From Ministeria vibrans ATCC 50519 (taxonomy: Eukaryota > Protista > Filasterea), in the NCBI GenBank assembly GCA_943704425.1, contig CALSCP010001836.1:1-33313 (forward strand): a DNA stretch of 33,313 bases, given 5' to 3'. Below the pieces are notes generated by a model. The model ran no database searches, had not been told where the DNA came from, and saw only the letters and a program-made list of their open reading frames with translations. The position numbers and the translations under genes are program-made. Shown one piece after another: positions 1 through 11,120 of the stretch (positions within the stretch are counted from its first letter, which is position 1; every line of letters starts with the position of its first letter).

Positions 1-4
1 GGGA

Positions 5-6
<2 letters not shown>

Positions 7-66
<60 letters not shown>

Positions 67-90
67 GTGTGAGTGAGTGAGTGAGTGAGT
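7..90. repeat. (GT)n / (GAGT)n microsatellite in kinase-1 intron
   Basis: Directly visible; homologous to 5173-5298. Confidence 0.95.
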
Positions 91-335
91 GGCAAACGCA
101 TATGAGAGTGACGCTGACGTGTCACTGTGCGCGAAAGTGAGTGCATGAGGGCCAACGCATGTGAGTGTGAGTGACTCACTTGTATCAGTGTGTGTGTGAG
201 TGTCATTGGGTGTGGAGCTTGTATGAATTTGTGTGTATGAGAGAGTGAGACTCATGAGCAGCGATAAATTGAATCAATTTGTGTGAGAGCGAGTGTGAGG
301 GTGAATGTCAAAGTCACACCACTTTGTTTTTGTAG

Positions 336-1964
336 GGATAGCAAAGGAGAAGTTGTCGCAGGTGTTCGATACTTTTGTGCAAGAGAAGGAAGGCCACAAC
401 CGGATGTATGCATTGGAACTCATGTTGCTGGCCTAGTTAACACTTGTGATATTGATGTATATGTAGACACGGGGGAGTGGGACTTGGACTGTCGATTGTG
501 TCGCGTTTGGTGAAGCTGATGGACGGAGAAGTGGGACTTGAGAGTGAGCCGGGAGAGGGAACAGCCATGACAGTGACGCTGCCTCTGCGCATTAGCGAGG
601 ACAAAGGGACACAGGGCGCGAGCGGAGCAAGTCCTGCTCTGGGGCTTTCTCGTCCAACCAGAGGGTCGGTGGCAGTGCACTCGGCGCGCCTCAAGTCTCT
701 TGCGAGCACCATTGTGCGGGGGCGCTCTGTGCTGGTGGCGATCAAGGAGCATGCTCACATGGCGGCCATGTGCCACGAGTTTCTCAACGGAGGTGGTGCA
801 TCGCGGGTGGACAGTGCGAGCACTGCAGAGGAGCTGCATGACTGTGTGCGTCGTGATGGTCTGCAGTATGCGCTTGCAGTGATTGATGCGAATTTTATGG
901 CCGAATACGACGTGCTTGTTGCGGGGAGAAACCCTACCCAGCGAGCGGGTCGGGTGCCACTTGCACGTCACGACTTCAGTCCGTCGGCGCTGCTCTTCTG
1001 GAAGGTTCATCCGACACAGCGGCGCAATGTGAAGATGATGTTGTCCCAGACCGGCTTCAACTCGATTCTGTCGCACCCAAGCGAATTGGTGCCTGCGTAC
1101 CTACTGTGTCGTGCCGCCCAGACGCTTGAAGAGGCTGCTTTGTTTGCGGACGACGCGTGTACGCCTGTGTCCCCAAGGAGTTTGAGAGTGCCTGTTGGGC
1201 GCGCGTCTCGCGTCAGCCTTCAAACGACGCGCTCGTCGACGTCGTTGCTCAAGCACAATATATCGGACACAACACAGGATGCCCTGTCACTGGCACTGCA
1301 GGCACCCATAAAGAGCGCAAGCCACGCGACGTTGTCGGTTGTCTCGACATCGTCGGGCCACGATGAAGAAGAGCGGATTCGTGTGTTGTTTGTCGAGGAC
1401 AACCTTGTCAATCAGCGTGTGATTGTGACCATGCTGAAGAAACTCCTTCCCCACGCTGATATTGTAGTCGCGGACAATGGGCTCAAGGCGCTTGGGTGCT
1501 TTGATGAGGCGGTCGCGGCGAATCGATTATTCGACATTGTGTTTATGGACGTACAGATGCCCGTGATGGACGGTGCGGAGGCGACGCGCTGCATTCGGAC
1601 ACGGGAATCGATGGGATCGCTGCAGCGTACGCCCGTGATTGCGTTGACGGCGCACGCCATGGCTTCAGACCGTGACGCCTGCTTGATTGCCGGCATGGAT
1701 GAGTACATTACGAAGCCGACGTCTATGGAGATGCTCAAGCGCTCGCTCACCTACTTTGGGTTTACGGTTCGCTCGGTGCCGGATGTGGGCAAGGAAAAAG
1801 CAAAGAGTGGTAAGAAGAAAAAGAAGAAGGAGAAGGCATGCGTGGAAGAGAAGGCTCAAGTGAATGTGGGGTCTCTGGCGGATGAGACGCACGGCGAGAA
1901 GGCGCTTCTTCTGCGGCTGTCGCAGGATGACGGCGATGCCGGTGTACACGAGACATTACTGTAA
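336..1964 (+). CDS. Hybrid sensor histidine kinase, copy 1 (3' part only; 5' end lies upstream of the window)
   Basis: Exons 336-405 (GIAKEKLSQVFDTFVQEKEGHNR, G1/F box) and 467-1964 (HGGVGLGLSIVSRLVKLMDGEVGLESEPGEGT, G2 box) joined by GT-AG intron 406-466. Followed by a degenerate receiver-like segment and a canonical receiver (RVLFVEDN..NQRV, IVFMDVQMPVMDG, IALTAHA, DEYITKP). Confidence 0.93.
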
Positions 1965-2490
1965 TAATAAATAATAGAAGAAGAATACCACCCATTTATT
2001 AATGATACATATTCATAATAGTGGAATCCATTAGGAATTATAATAATAATATATCACCATACTGACCAAAGCGCTCAAATGACGGACTATTGCCAGTCAA
2101 GTCAAAAATCTTAAATCTACATGGACAATAGACTTATCTAATATCAGCCATCCTAAATCCTAATTATTGTAATTGGTGTAGTCGGGCGTTTTTCGAGCAT
2201 CATAATAATTGTGTAGGAATTTTTTCAAACACGCGAGTTTTGAAAAAAATACTTTGACCACCAAGCTCATTTGGCCAATGACTCACTGTCCAGTAGCCAG
2301 CCGTGCGCTGGCAGTATCCAAACAGCACAGTACTGCCAAGCCGAGAAGTAACCGCCGCCTAGAGAATGCGAGGGCTGAAAGTTGATGATCGATATCGGGA
2401 AAGTACGTCAGAACTTTTCAAAATCTCCGATTCTTTCGGAATTAGTTTGTTTTGACTTTTGAGCTTCCAGCCCTCCACTTATTTTCTGGC

Positions 2491-3657
2491 ATGTCACCAT
2501 CTGACGGCAAGCCTCGCCGAGCGAGAACGTTCCACGGGCCCGCGTGCTTTCTGGCGTTTTTCATTCTCGTTTTGGGTCTTGCACTTGCGTCGTATCTGCT
2601 GTACTTTCTCAATCAAAAGGCCGAAGAGACCGAAAACACCGCATTCGACGGCGCCTCTGAAGGGGTGGCAGCTGCCCTCTCCGCAGAGGCCTCTCTCTCC
2701 CAGACCTCTATAGAATTAGGTGAGCGCAACGGCCACGCGCAGACAAAAAGAAGATAGAAACGAAAAAAAAAAAGAAGAAGATGCTGACGCAGCGGTTTCG
2801 GCTTCCTGACGCAGTCGCCGGCTTATTTCGGGCGGGGTTCAACGTGACGCTTCCGCAGTTTGTGTCGTTTACGGCGCCCGTCATCGAGCGCGGCACCGTT
2901 CCCATCGTCTACTACGCCAAGGTGATTTCGAACGCGGAACGCAATGCCACCATCGATGCCATGTACACCCTCTACAACTCGTCGACGCTGCTGCCACCCA
3001 CCATTGCCGTCATTGAAGAACGTATTGGCGAAGTGCCGCCCTTGGAGCGTGTCGACGACGTTACAAACCGGACCAGTTACACCGTAACCGCTTTTTATAA
3101 ATCCCAGCGGATATCTTTTAATCAACGCTTCTAGGTTGTTGAATTGGTCTCGCCAACGAGCGGCCAAAACGTTGCTGCGGTGTTGGTCAACTTGAATTCA
3201 ACGTAAGCGCATTTTTGGGAAACCGCAAAAATCGCACTAATTTTTTTCTTCTACGCACAGGTTTACAAATGCGCCTCAAGTGGCAACAGACACGGCACAG
3301 ACGAGCACCACAGACCTCTTACGCATTCCTTTCGACGGCAGTCTTGCTTTTGGTAATAGAGAGAAGAATTAAAAAACCATGTTTGAGAGAGAGAGTTCAA
3401 GAGAGAGAGAGAGTTCAAGAGAGTTCAAGAGAGAGAGAGTTCAAGAGAGAGAGAGAGAGAGAGTTCAAGAGAGAGAGAGTTCAAGAGAGAGAGAGAGAGT
3501 TCAAGAGAGAGAGAGTTCAAGAGAGAGTTCAAGAGAGAGTTCAAGAGAGAGAGTTCAAGAGAGAGAGTTCAAGAGAGAGAGTTCAAGAGAGAGTTCAAGA
3601 GAGAGAGTTCAAGAGAGAGAGTTCAAGAGAGAGTTCAAGAGAGAGAGAGAGAGAGTT

Positions 3658-3721
<64 letters not shown>

Positions 3722-5168
3722 NNNNNNNNNNNNNNNNNNNNNNNNNNNNNNNNNNNNNNNNNNNNNNNNNNNNNNNNNNNNNNNNNNNNNNNNNNNNNNN
3801 NNNNNNNNNNNNNNNNNNNNNNNNNNNNNNNNNNNNNNNNNNNNNNNNNNNNNNNNNNNNNNNNNNNNNNNNNNNNNNNNNNNNNNNNNNNNNNNNNNNN
3901 NNNNNNNNNNNNNNNNNNNNNNNNNNNNNNNNNNNNNNNNNNNNNNNNNNNNNNNNNNNNNNNNNNNNNNNNNNNNNNNNNNNNNNNNNNNNNNNNNNNN
4001 NNNNNNNNNNNNNNNNNNNNNNNNNNNNNNNNNNNNNNNNNNNNNNNNNNNNNNNNNNNNNNNNNNNNNNNNNNNNNNNNNNNNNNNNNNNNNNNNNNNN
4101 NNNNNNNNNNNNNNNNNNNNNNNNNNNNNNNNNNNNNNNNNNNNNNNNNNNNNNNNNNNNNNNNNNNNNNNNNNNNNNNNNNNNNNNNNNNNNNNNNNNN
4201 NNNNNNNNNNNNNNNNNNNNNNNNNNNNNNNNNNNNNNNNNNNNNNNNNNNNNNNNNNNNNNNNNNNNNNNNNNNNNNNNNNNNNNNNNNNNNNNNNNNN
4301 NNNNNNNNNNNNNNNNNNNNNNNNNNNNNNNNNNNNNNNNNNNNNNNNNNNNNNNNNNNNNNNNNNNAGAAGAGCACCTATCTCATGTCATTCTACCCGG
4401 TCTACCTGCACACCTACGCGCCTGGCTCCCGCACGGAAATGCCCCTTCCCGACGGAGTCAGTGTGGTCGTCAAGGACGTCACAGATCTGTCGAAGGAGCG
4501 CGACACTGCCAACGATCTCAGTCTGTCCAAGACACTTTTTCTTGCACGAATGTCACACGAGGTAACACGAGAAGGGGTTGCGTCGCGAGTTTGCATTCGA
4601 GTTGACACTTGGTTTTTTTGTTGATTTTCTGCAGATTCGCACACCGATTGGTGGCATTTTGGGGTGCATTGAGCTGCTGATGGATGGCAGCATGGAGACA
4701 CTCTCGGCCGAGCAAGAGTCACTTGTTATGATTATCAGACACAGTGCCAAGGTCCTCATGGCTCTCATCAATGACATTCTCGATCTGAGCAAGGTAGCGA
4801 AGTGTTTGAAAGGAGCTGTTTCCGTTTCTCATAGGGGGAATGTATGTGTAATTTTAGATGGAAGCGGACCATGTGACGCTTGAGAAACTGCCAATGATGC
4901 TGGTCGACCAGGTACTGTCGAGCATTGACATGTGCAAAGTGGAGAAGGGAGTTGAGTTGGCGGCGTTTGTTGAGCCGGGCACTGAGACGGTGTCTGTGCT
5001 TGGGGACGCGACGCGCATTGCACAGATTGTGTACAACATTGCAAGCAACGCACTGAAGTTCACACCGAGTGGCCATGTGTTTGTGCGTCTGTCGAGTCGA
5101 CGGTCGAAGACTGAGTCGGATGTGATTGTGTACACTATTCGTGTGGAGGACACAGGGATTGGTAAGGG

Positions 5169-5256
<88 letters not shown>

Positions 5257-7240
5257 TGTGTGTGTATGTATGTGTGTGTGTGAGTGAGTGAGTGAGTGGC
5301 AAACGCATATGAGAGTGACGCCGACGTGTCGCTGTGCGCGAAAGTGAGTGCATGAGGTGTGAGTGCGAGTGACTCACTTGTATCAGTGTGTATGTGTGCC
5401 ATTGACTGAGCTTGTATGACTTTATGTCAGAGCTAACGTCACTTTTCCTGCGTAGGGATTGCCAAGGAGAAGCTATCGTCTGTCTTTGATGCTTTTGTGC
5501 AAGAGAAGGAGGCCAACAATCGAGCGTAAGCCTCTAAAGTAGTTTCTGTTGCACAATCATATTAAATTGTTGTGTAGACATGGGGGAGTGGGACTTGGAC
5601 TGTCGATTGTGTCGCGTTTGGTGAAGCTGATGGACGGAGAAGTGGGAATTGAGAGTGAGCCGGGCGAAGGAACAGTCATGACAGTGACGCTGCCAATGCA
5701 CATTGCGAAGAGGAAGGGGACGATGACCATTCAGGATCCGGAAGATGATGAGCCACGTGAAGTGGAACGACGATATCGCTCGGACGGGTCTCTTGGCTTT
5801 GAACTTTTTGGCGCTTCCGACGGTGCCATGGTGTCCGACTTTGCGCGTCTTACTCACTTGGCTATGACCATTATTCGTGACAAGACGGTTCTGTTGGGAA
5901 TCAAAGAGAGTGCTCACATGGACGCTATGAAACGGTACTTTCTGGACGAGGCGTCTGCGGCGGTCGTCGACTGTGCCAACTCGGCCGAACAGCTCTTTGA
6001 GTGTATTGCCAGTCGCGGCGCAACCTACCGACTCGTCGTCCTCGACACCGACTTTGTGGCGGAGTACACCGAATTCCTAGCCGATCGGCCTTCTCTGCCG
6101 CCCGCATCTGACGGGACCCCCGCTCCCGAGTACCCGGCGCTCTGCCGCCAGGCCTTTAGCAGCAATGCGACACTCTTCTGGAAGGCACACCCTCAAGCGC
6201 GTCGGGTCATCAAGAAAGTGCTCGTTAGTTCGGGCTTCGACTCGGTCCTGTCGCACCCTAGCGAACTTGTTCCCTCGTACATTTTGCGTCGTGTCGCCCA
6301 GATCAGCGATGAAGACGAGAAGGTGTCTGTGAGCAGCGGCACTAGCATCGGCGCCTCAAGTGTGGCGTCGGGCTTGTCGCGTCGCCGCGGTCGCTACGAC
6401 GTGCGCCCTCCCGTAGTCAATCCGCACTTCACGGAGATTGCACAGTCCCCACAACCCTCCAAGCATGGCCGACCCTCGATCGCGTCCGAGCTTCTTGCGC
6501 GTGCTCTCGAGGCGCCTCCAACTGTAACCCTGACTTCCGCTGCGTCTGCTACGAAGACATCGCGCGTGCTCTTTGTTGAGGACAATATTGTCAACCAGCG
6601 TGTGATTGTGGCGATGCTCCGAAAGCTTCTGCCCACCAGCGAGTTTATCATTGCTGAGAACGGCGAAATTGGTGTGCAGCGTTTCCGCGAGGCTTTCGAG
6701 GCGCAGCAATCGTTCCAAGTGATCTTCATGGACGTTCAAATGCCCGTCATGGACGGTGTGGAAGCGACCAAGCTTATTCGCGAGTTTGAAGCGACAAAGG
6801 AGCTGCGACGGGCACCGGTGATTGCGTTGACGGCGCACGCGATGGTGTCGGACCGTAACGCGTGTTTGATTGCGGGTATGGACGATTACATTACGAAGCC
6901 GACGTCGATGGAGGCACTGGAGCGAGTGCTCAAGTACTTTGGGATTGAGGTTATGGACACGGCGGCGCGCGATAAGGAGAAGAAGAAGTTGAAGAAGAAG
7001 AGGAAGTCGTCGCACCAGAATTTACCAAGGCCGTCATCGCCGTGTCCGACACCCACTATCGCCTTGGTGTCTTCCTCGACGACGTCCATGAGCGTGCCCA
7101 ACCTGTCTACGCGCCCCACCTCGTCCTTTATGGACTCTGCCAGCGTCAACAGCGACCAGCAGCTGCTCCCCCCCACTAGCGACTGCACCTCCTTCTTCCT
7201 TGATGTCGAGGACGACATGGAAGACTCCACCATGGTCTGA
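2491..7240 (+). CDS. Membrane hybrid histidine kinase, copy 2: TM, CHASE-like sensor, (gap), PAC, HisKA, HATPase_c, degenerate receiver, receiver
   Basis: Phase-compatible GT-AG exons 2491-2719, 2815-3083, 3135-3202, 3261-3352, [N-gap], ~4369-4561, 4635-4793, 4858-5161, 5456-5525, 5578-7240. Motifs: TM FLAFFILVLGLALASYLLYFL; VVVKDVTDL (PAC end); H-box SKTLFLARMSHE|IRTPIGGILG; LINDILDLSK; N-box NIASNALKFT; VEDTGIGI; GGVGLGL; receiver IFMDVQMPVMDG...YITKP. Joining the 5' exons across the gap is inferred. Confidence 0.88.
3385..3721. repeat. Compound (GA)n-GTTCAA satellite, intronic, running into an N-gap
   Basis: Units GAGAG...TTCAA with variable GA count, ending in pure (GA)n. Confidence 0.95.
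3722..4368. other. Assembly gap inside kinase 2
   Basis: Run of N. Confidence 0.99.
5173..5298. repeat. (GT)n / (GAGT)n microsatellite in kinase-2 intron
   Basis: Directly visible. Confidence 0.95.
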
Positions 7241-7363
7241 GAACACAGTCTATTGATTATTGTGGTTTGTTGTTTTATCTGAAAGATTGTATACTAATTA
7301 CTATGAATATACACATTTAATTTTTTATGCATTCCCATGCTTTTTACTCTTCCTGTGCTGAGC

Positions 7364-7776
7364 GAGAGAGTTCAAGAGAGTTCAAGAGAGAGTTCAAAAG
7401 AGAGAGAGAGAGAGGGTTCAAGAGAGTTCAAGAGAGAGTTCAAGAGAGAGTTCAAGAGAGAGAGAGAGTTCAAGAGAGAGAGAGATAGTTCAAGAGAGTT
7501 CAAGAGAGAGAGAGAGGGAGAGTTCGAGAGAGAGAGAGAGTTCAAGAGAGAGAGTTCAAGAGAGTTCAAGAGAGTTCAAGAGAGTTCAAGAGAGTTCAAG
7601 AGAGTTCAAGAGAGAGAGAGAGAGTTCAAGAGAGAGAGTTCAAGAGAGAGAGAGAGTTCAAGAGAGAGTTCAAGAGAGAGAGAGAGAGAGTTCAAGAGAG
7701 AGAGTTCAAGAGAGAGAGTTCAAGAGAGAGAGTTCAAGAGAGAGTTCAAGAGAGAGAGAGAGAGAGAGAGAGAGTT

Positions 7777-7864
<88 letters not shown>

Positions 7865-8001
7865 NNNNNNNNNNNNNNNNNNNNNNNNNNNNNNNNNNNN
7901 NNNNNNNNNNNNNNNNNNNNNNNNNNNNNNNNNNNNNNNNNNNNNNNNNNNNNNNNNNNNNNNNNNNNNNNNNNNNNNNNNNNNNNNNNNNNNNNNNNNN
8001 A

Positions 8002-8035
<34 letters not shown>

Positions 8036-8042
8036 GTGTGTG

Positions 8043-8080
<38 letters not shown>
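7364..8080. repeat. (GA)n-GTTCAA satellite, N-gap (7865-8000), then (GT)n, between kinase 2 and the lamin-like gene
   Basis: Directly visible. Confidence 0.95.
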
Positions 8081-8084
<4 letters not shown>

Positions 8085-8118
8085 ATCACTGTTTGTGATT
8101 CTCTTTGTTCTCACTCTG

Positions 8119-9960
8119 TCAAATGATCAGTTCGCGTCCAGCACCGCCCACCGGCTGAGCCTGCGTGATGGGAGGCAAGCGTGTGTGACTGTGCGCCTGT
8201 GTTGCGCAAATGTTGCCGGACACCAGTGAGATGACTGTCCCGTCCGCGTTGACCAACTCGCAGTGGAAGGGCGCACTGGCAGTCCAGCGCGGCGCTCCTT
8301 TCCAGTAGGTCTCAAGAGGTCCTGTGATGCTGCGCGGTGGGCGAGAGCTGCGACCGGTGTATACGGTGTAGGCGCGTCCTTGAGGCAGGACTGTTGTCGA
8401 GCGAAACGCAAAAACAGCGGGTGCACTGTTAGTGTCGCTGGCCACTCGGAGTTGCCAGCCGCGCAGTGACTGAGTTTTCTGACCACCGACTGAGTCAGAT
8501 GCAATGCGAATGAACCTGCCCTCTTGGTCCACTTCGTCAATGGAAATAGGGCCTTCGGTGCGAGCGCAAGACGACAACTGCCCAACTGAGTACGTTTCGG
8601 AGCTTGAGTGGGCGTGAGACTCGCTGAGTGCAGTGTAGGCGTGTTCGAGTGCCTGGCGCACTGTGCTCGCGCGCCGTGGGACAGCAGCAATAGCTCCAGT
8701 GGTGTGTGTTGCGGCGTAGTTGACGTGCTCGCGTGCTCGCCCCATTGTATTTGGTGGCTGAGCGCGCTGCTCCAGTTTGACTCGTCCGCGCTCCAGCTCG
8801 TCGTATGCCTTTGCGACCGATGTTCGTGTGGTGTTTGTTGTTGCTGTTGCTGTAGTTGTTGTTGCTGCTGCTGTTCTCTTCATCTGTACATTCGAACCGA
8901 GTTGTGATGAAAAGGTATAACCAATGCGCTCCTCTTCGAGACGCAGCAACTTTCGATACCGCTCTATTTCGTCGCGCAAAACATTGCTTGCGGTCACGAG
9001 ACGCTCATAGTCACTGCGTTGCTCCGAAATAACGTGCTCTTGACGCACACGCTCACTGCGCTCCTGCTGAAGCGCTCGATCAAGTGTCGACTTGCTCTCA
9101 CGAACACGCGCAAGTTCATTTGAGTGCTCACGCTGTCGCGCCAGCTCCTGTGTGTGTTCGCGCTTGAGACGTTCGATTTCCATCTCCAGTCGTGCATACG
9201 TTTGGCTGTGTGTAGTGTTCTCACGACTCTGTCGCTGTGCTGCCTCGTCGGTTACCAGTCGAAGCTGACTCGAGACGCGTTCCACCTCGGCACACAATCG
9301 CCCGTTGTCTCCCGTCGACTCTTGCAGCTCGCGTGTGAGTCGCTCCACCTGCGTTTGCAGATGGTGCGTCGACTGTTCGCTGCGCTGGAGCGCCGCCCGC
9401 ACTGAAGCGAGTTCGCCTTGAACGTCGCTCTCGCGCTGTCGTCTACTGTCGACTTCGGTTTGAAGCAGTGCACGGGCGGCGTCGGCGTCGTGAAGTTGTG
9501 TTTGAAGACGAGTGACGGTCGTTTCAAGCGTGATGTCGCGTTGGTTGCGTAGCGACAGCAACTCCCCGTCACACTGCGCTCGAAGTCGAGCCATTTCGGC
9601 CTGATGAAACTTGCGAAACTCTTCAAGTTCATGTTCAAGTGATGTAGATCGTTCTTGCATCTGGAAGAAACGCGGTAAGACGATGTTATGCGCGTTGCTA
9701 TGATTTTTGAATTTTTTTTTATCAATAGTTGAATTTTTTTTCACCTTTCGCCTGTGAGCGATGTAGCCTTCTAGGCGTGAATTAAGATCCTGCAAGTCGC
9801 GCTCGGAGCCGCGCCAGACGTCCATGGCGGCCTTTGCCGTTCGAGACGTGGAGGTAGAGGCGCTGGAGAGGAGGTTTGCTTGTGATTGACGGACTGTCAC
9901 CGGCTGCTCGTCAGTATAGGAATGGGTTGACGTGCGAACCACGCGCTCAACAAATGCCAT
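8119..9960 (-). CDS. Lamin-like / intermediate-filament protein with lamin-tail (Ig-fold) domain
   Basis: Exons 9960-9745 and 9660-8119 (in-frame 84-nt GT-AG intron 9661-9744), about 585 aa. Coil-1A motif ERDLQDLNSRLEGYI (lamin LQELNDRLAVYI). Coil-2 end LRDEIERYRKLLRLEEERI (lamin LDMEIHAYRKLLEGEEERL). Lamin-tail domain at about 8560-8220: GPISIDEVDQEGRFIRI..QSLRGWQL..VLPQGRAYTVY..WKGAPRW..ELVNADGTVIS. Confidence 0.9.
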   Translation of the reverse strand: MAFVERVVRTSTHSYTDEQPVTVRQSQANLLSSASTSTSRTAKAAMDVWRGSERDLQDLNSRLEGYIAHRRKVKKNSTIDKKKFKNHSNAHNIVLPRFFQMQERSTSLEHELEEFRKFHQAEMARLRAQCDGELLSLRNQRDITLETTVTRLQTQLHDADAARALLQTEVDSRRQRESDVQGELASVRAALQRSEQSTHHLQTQVERLTRELQESTGDNGRLCAEVERVSSQLRLVTDEAAQRQSRENTTHSQTYARLEMEIERLKREHTQELARQREHSNELARVRESKSTLDRALQQERSERVRQEHVISEQRSDYERLVTASNVLRDEIERYRKLLRLEEERIGYTFSSQLGSNVQMKRTAAATTTTATATTNTTRTSVAKAYDELERGRVKLEQRAQPPNTMGRAREHVNYAATHTTGAIAAVPRRASTVRQALEHAYTALSESHAHSSSETYSVGQLSSCARTEGPISIDEVDQEGRFIRIASDSVGGQKTQSLRGWQLRVASDTNSAPAVFAFRSTTVLPQGRAYTVYTGRSSRPPRSITGPLETYWKGAPRWTASAPFHCELVNADGTVISLVSGNICATQAHSHTRLPPITQAQPVGGAGRELII

Positions 9961-10052
9961 TGGAAGATTAATTCGCAGATGGGAGGATTTGAATTGCGAA
10001 AAGAAGAAAAAAAGAAGTGAATTTTAATTTTTAATTTTTATTTTGGTGGAAA

Positions 10053-11051
10053 TCACAAAAGAACCGACGACATGTTGGCGCGCATTCGGTTGTAGTCTGC
10101 AAGACGAAAGCATCGCAACAACAAAGAGCGAGTGAGTAGGAGTGAGAGACTGAGTTCTTGTTCTTGGAGAGTTCTTGTGTGAGTGAGCAGCGTGTCTGTG
10201 TGTGTGTGTGCTGAGAGGCGTGGGAGTGTGTAGGGTACCGGGAAGGCCTTCGATGGGACCCATGGCGGCCAGGGCGAAGTCTTGGTCGTAGATGTACTTC
10301 ATGGACGTGTCACGGACAGCTTTGGCATCAACCGAGTCTAAGAGTACAAAGAGTCATGCACAGCAACAAAACACGTAATACTATGCTGCTGTGCAGCGTA
10401 CCAATGCGCATTGCGAGTTCAGCGGGCGACATGCGACGGCCGTAAGTGAGCATCTGGCGACCAATGTCTTCGCAGACTGCCGTTGTGCCGTCCAGCTGCA
10501 GCAGCATCTGCGACTTGAGCGTGTTCTTGGCGCGCTCAACCTCAGCCTAACAAGAGATAGGTGTATGTGTTTTAGTTGTGAATGTGGTGTATGTGTAGTG
10601 TAGAATGTGACGAACTTCAGTGACGGAGAGGGAGAGGGACAACCATGCGTTCTGAAGGTTGAAGATAAAGTCGTCAATCATCATCTTGTCGCACACAAAG
10701 TAGTTTCCCCACAGCGAAGTGTCAGAGTAGCACTAATCATAACAACATCACAGTTAGTGACTCACATACACAACAGACTGACTCTCTCTATCTCATTCGC
10801 ACAGTATTGAAGGACATGAACGAATGGGCGAGGTTGGACTCGTGCACAGTGGCTGCCAGACGCGACGTCAGGTTTCTCCCTCCGCCAAACGAACGGTCCC
10901 ACGAGCCAACAACACTACAAAAACAATTCAATGGATATATAAGATACGCAGCCACCAGACGAGAGAGAATGCGTACGAATTTGCGACCATGAGAGGGATA
11001 AAGTCCTCATGAGCCCAGCCGGCTATAAACAACGAGCGAGCAAGAGAGAGG

Positions 11052-11120
<69 letters not shown>

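Noticed and set aside
3385-3721. Regularly recurring TTCAAGAGA, resembling a CRISPR array or the common shRNA loop
   Set aside because: No unique spacers, no flanking inverted stems, no cas genes; eukaryotic intronic satellite.
3215-4624. Long ORFs with ERERE/SSRE/X runs (also near 7337, 26188, 29333, 30155 and the CVCV/HTHT/LSLS ORFs)
   Set aside because: Translations of microsatellites and N-gaps inside introns or intergenic DNA.
7301-7355. Minus-strand KIKCVYS* after a CAG and a pyrimidine-rich tract, a possible hidden CaaX exon for the lamin-like gene
   Set aside because: An in-frame TAA lies just before it, the other frames give no CaaX, and no convincing donor precedes the ORF stop. 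It would need a homopolymer error; probably chance in AT-rich UTR.
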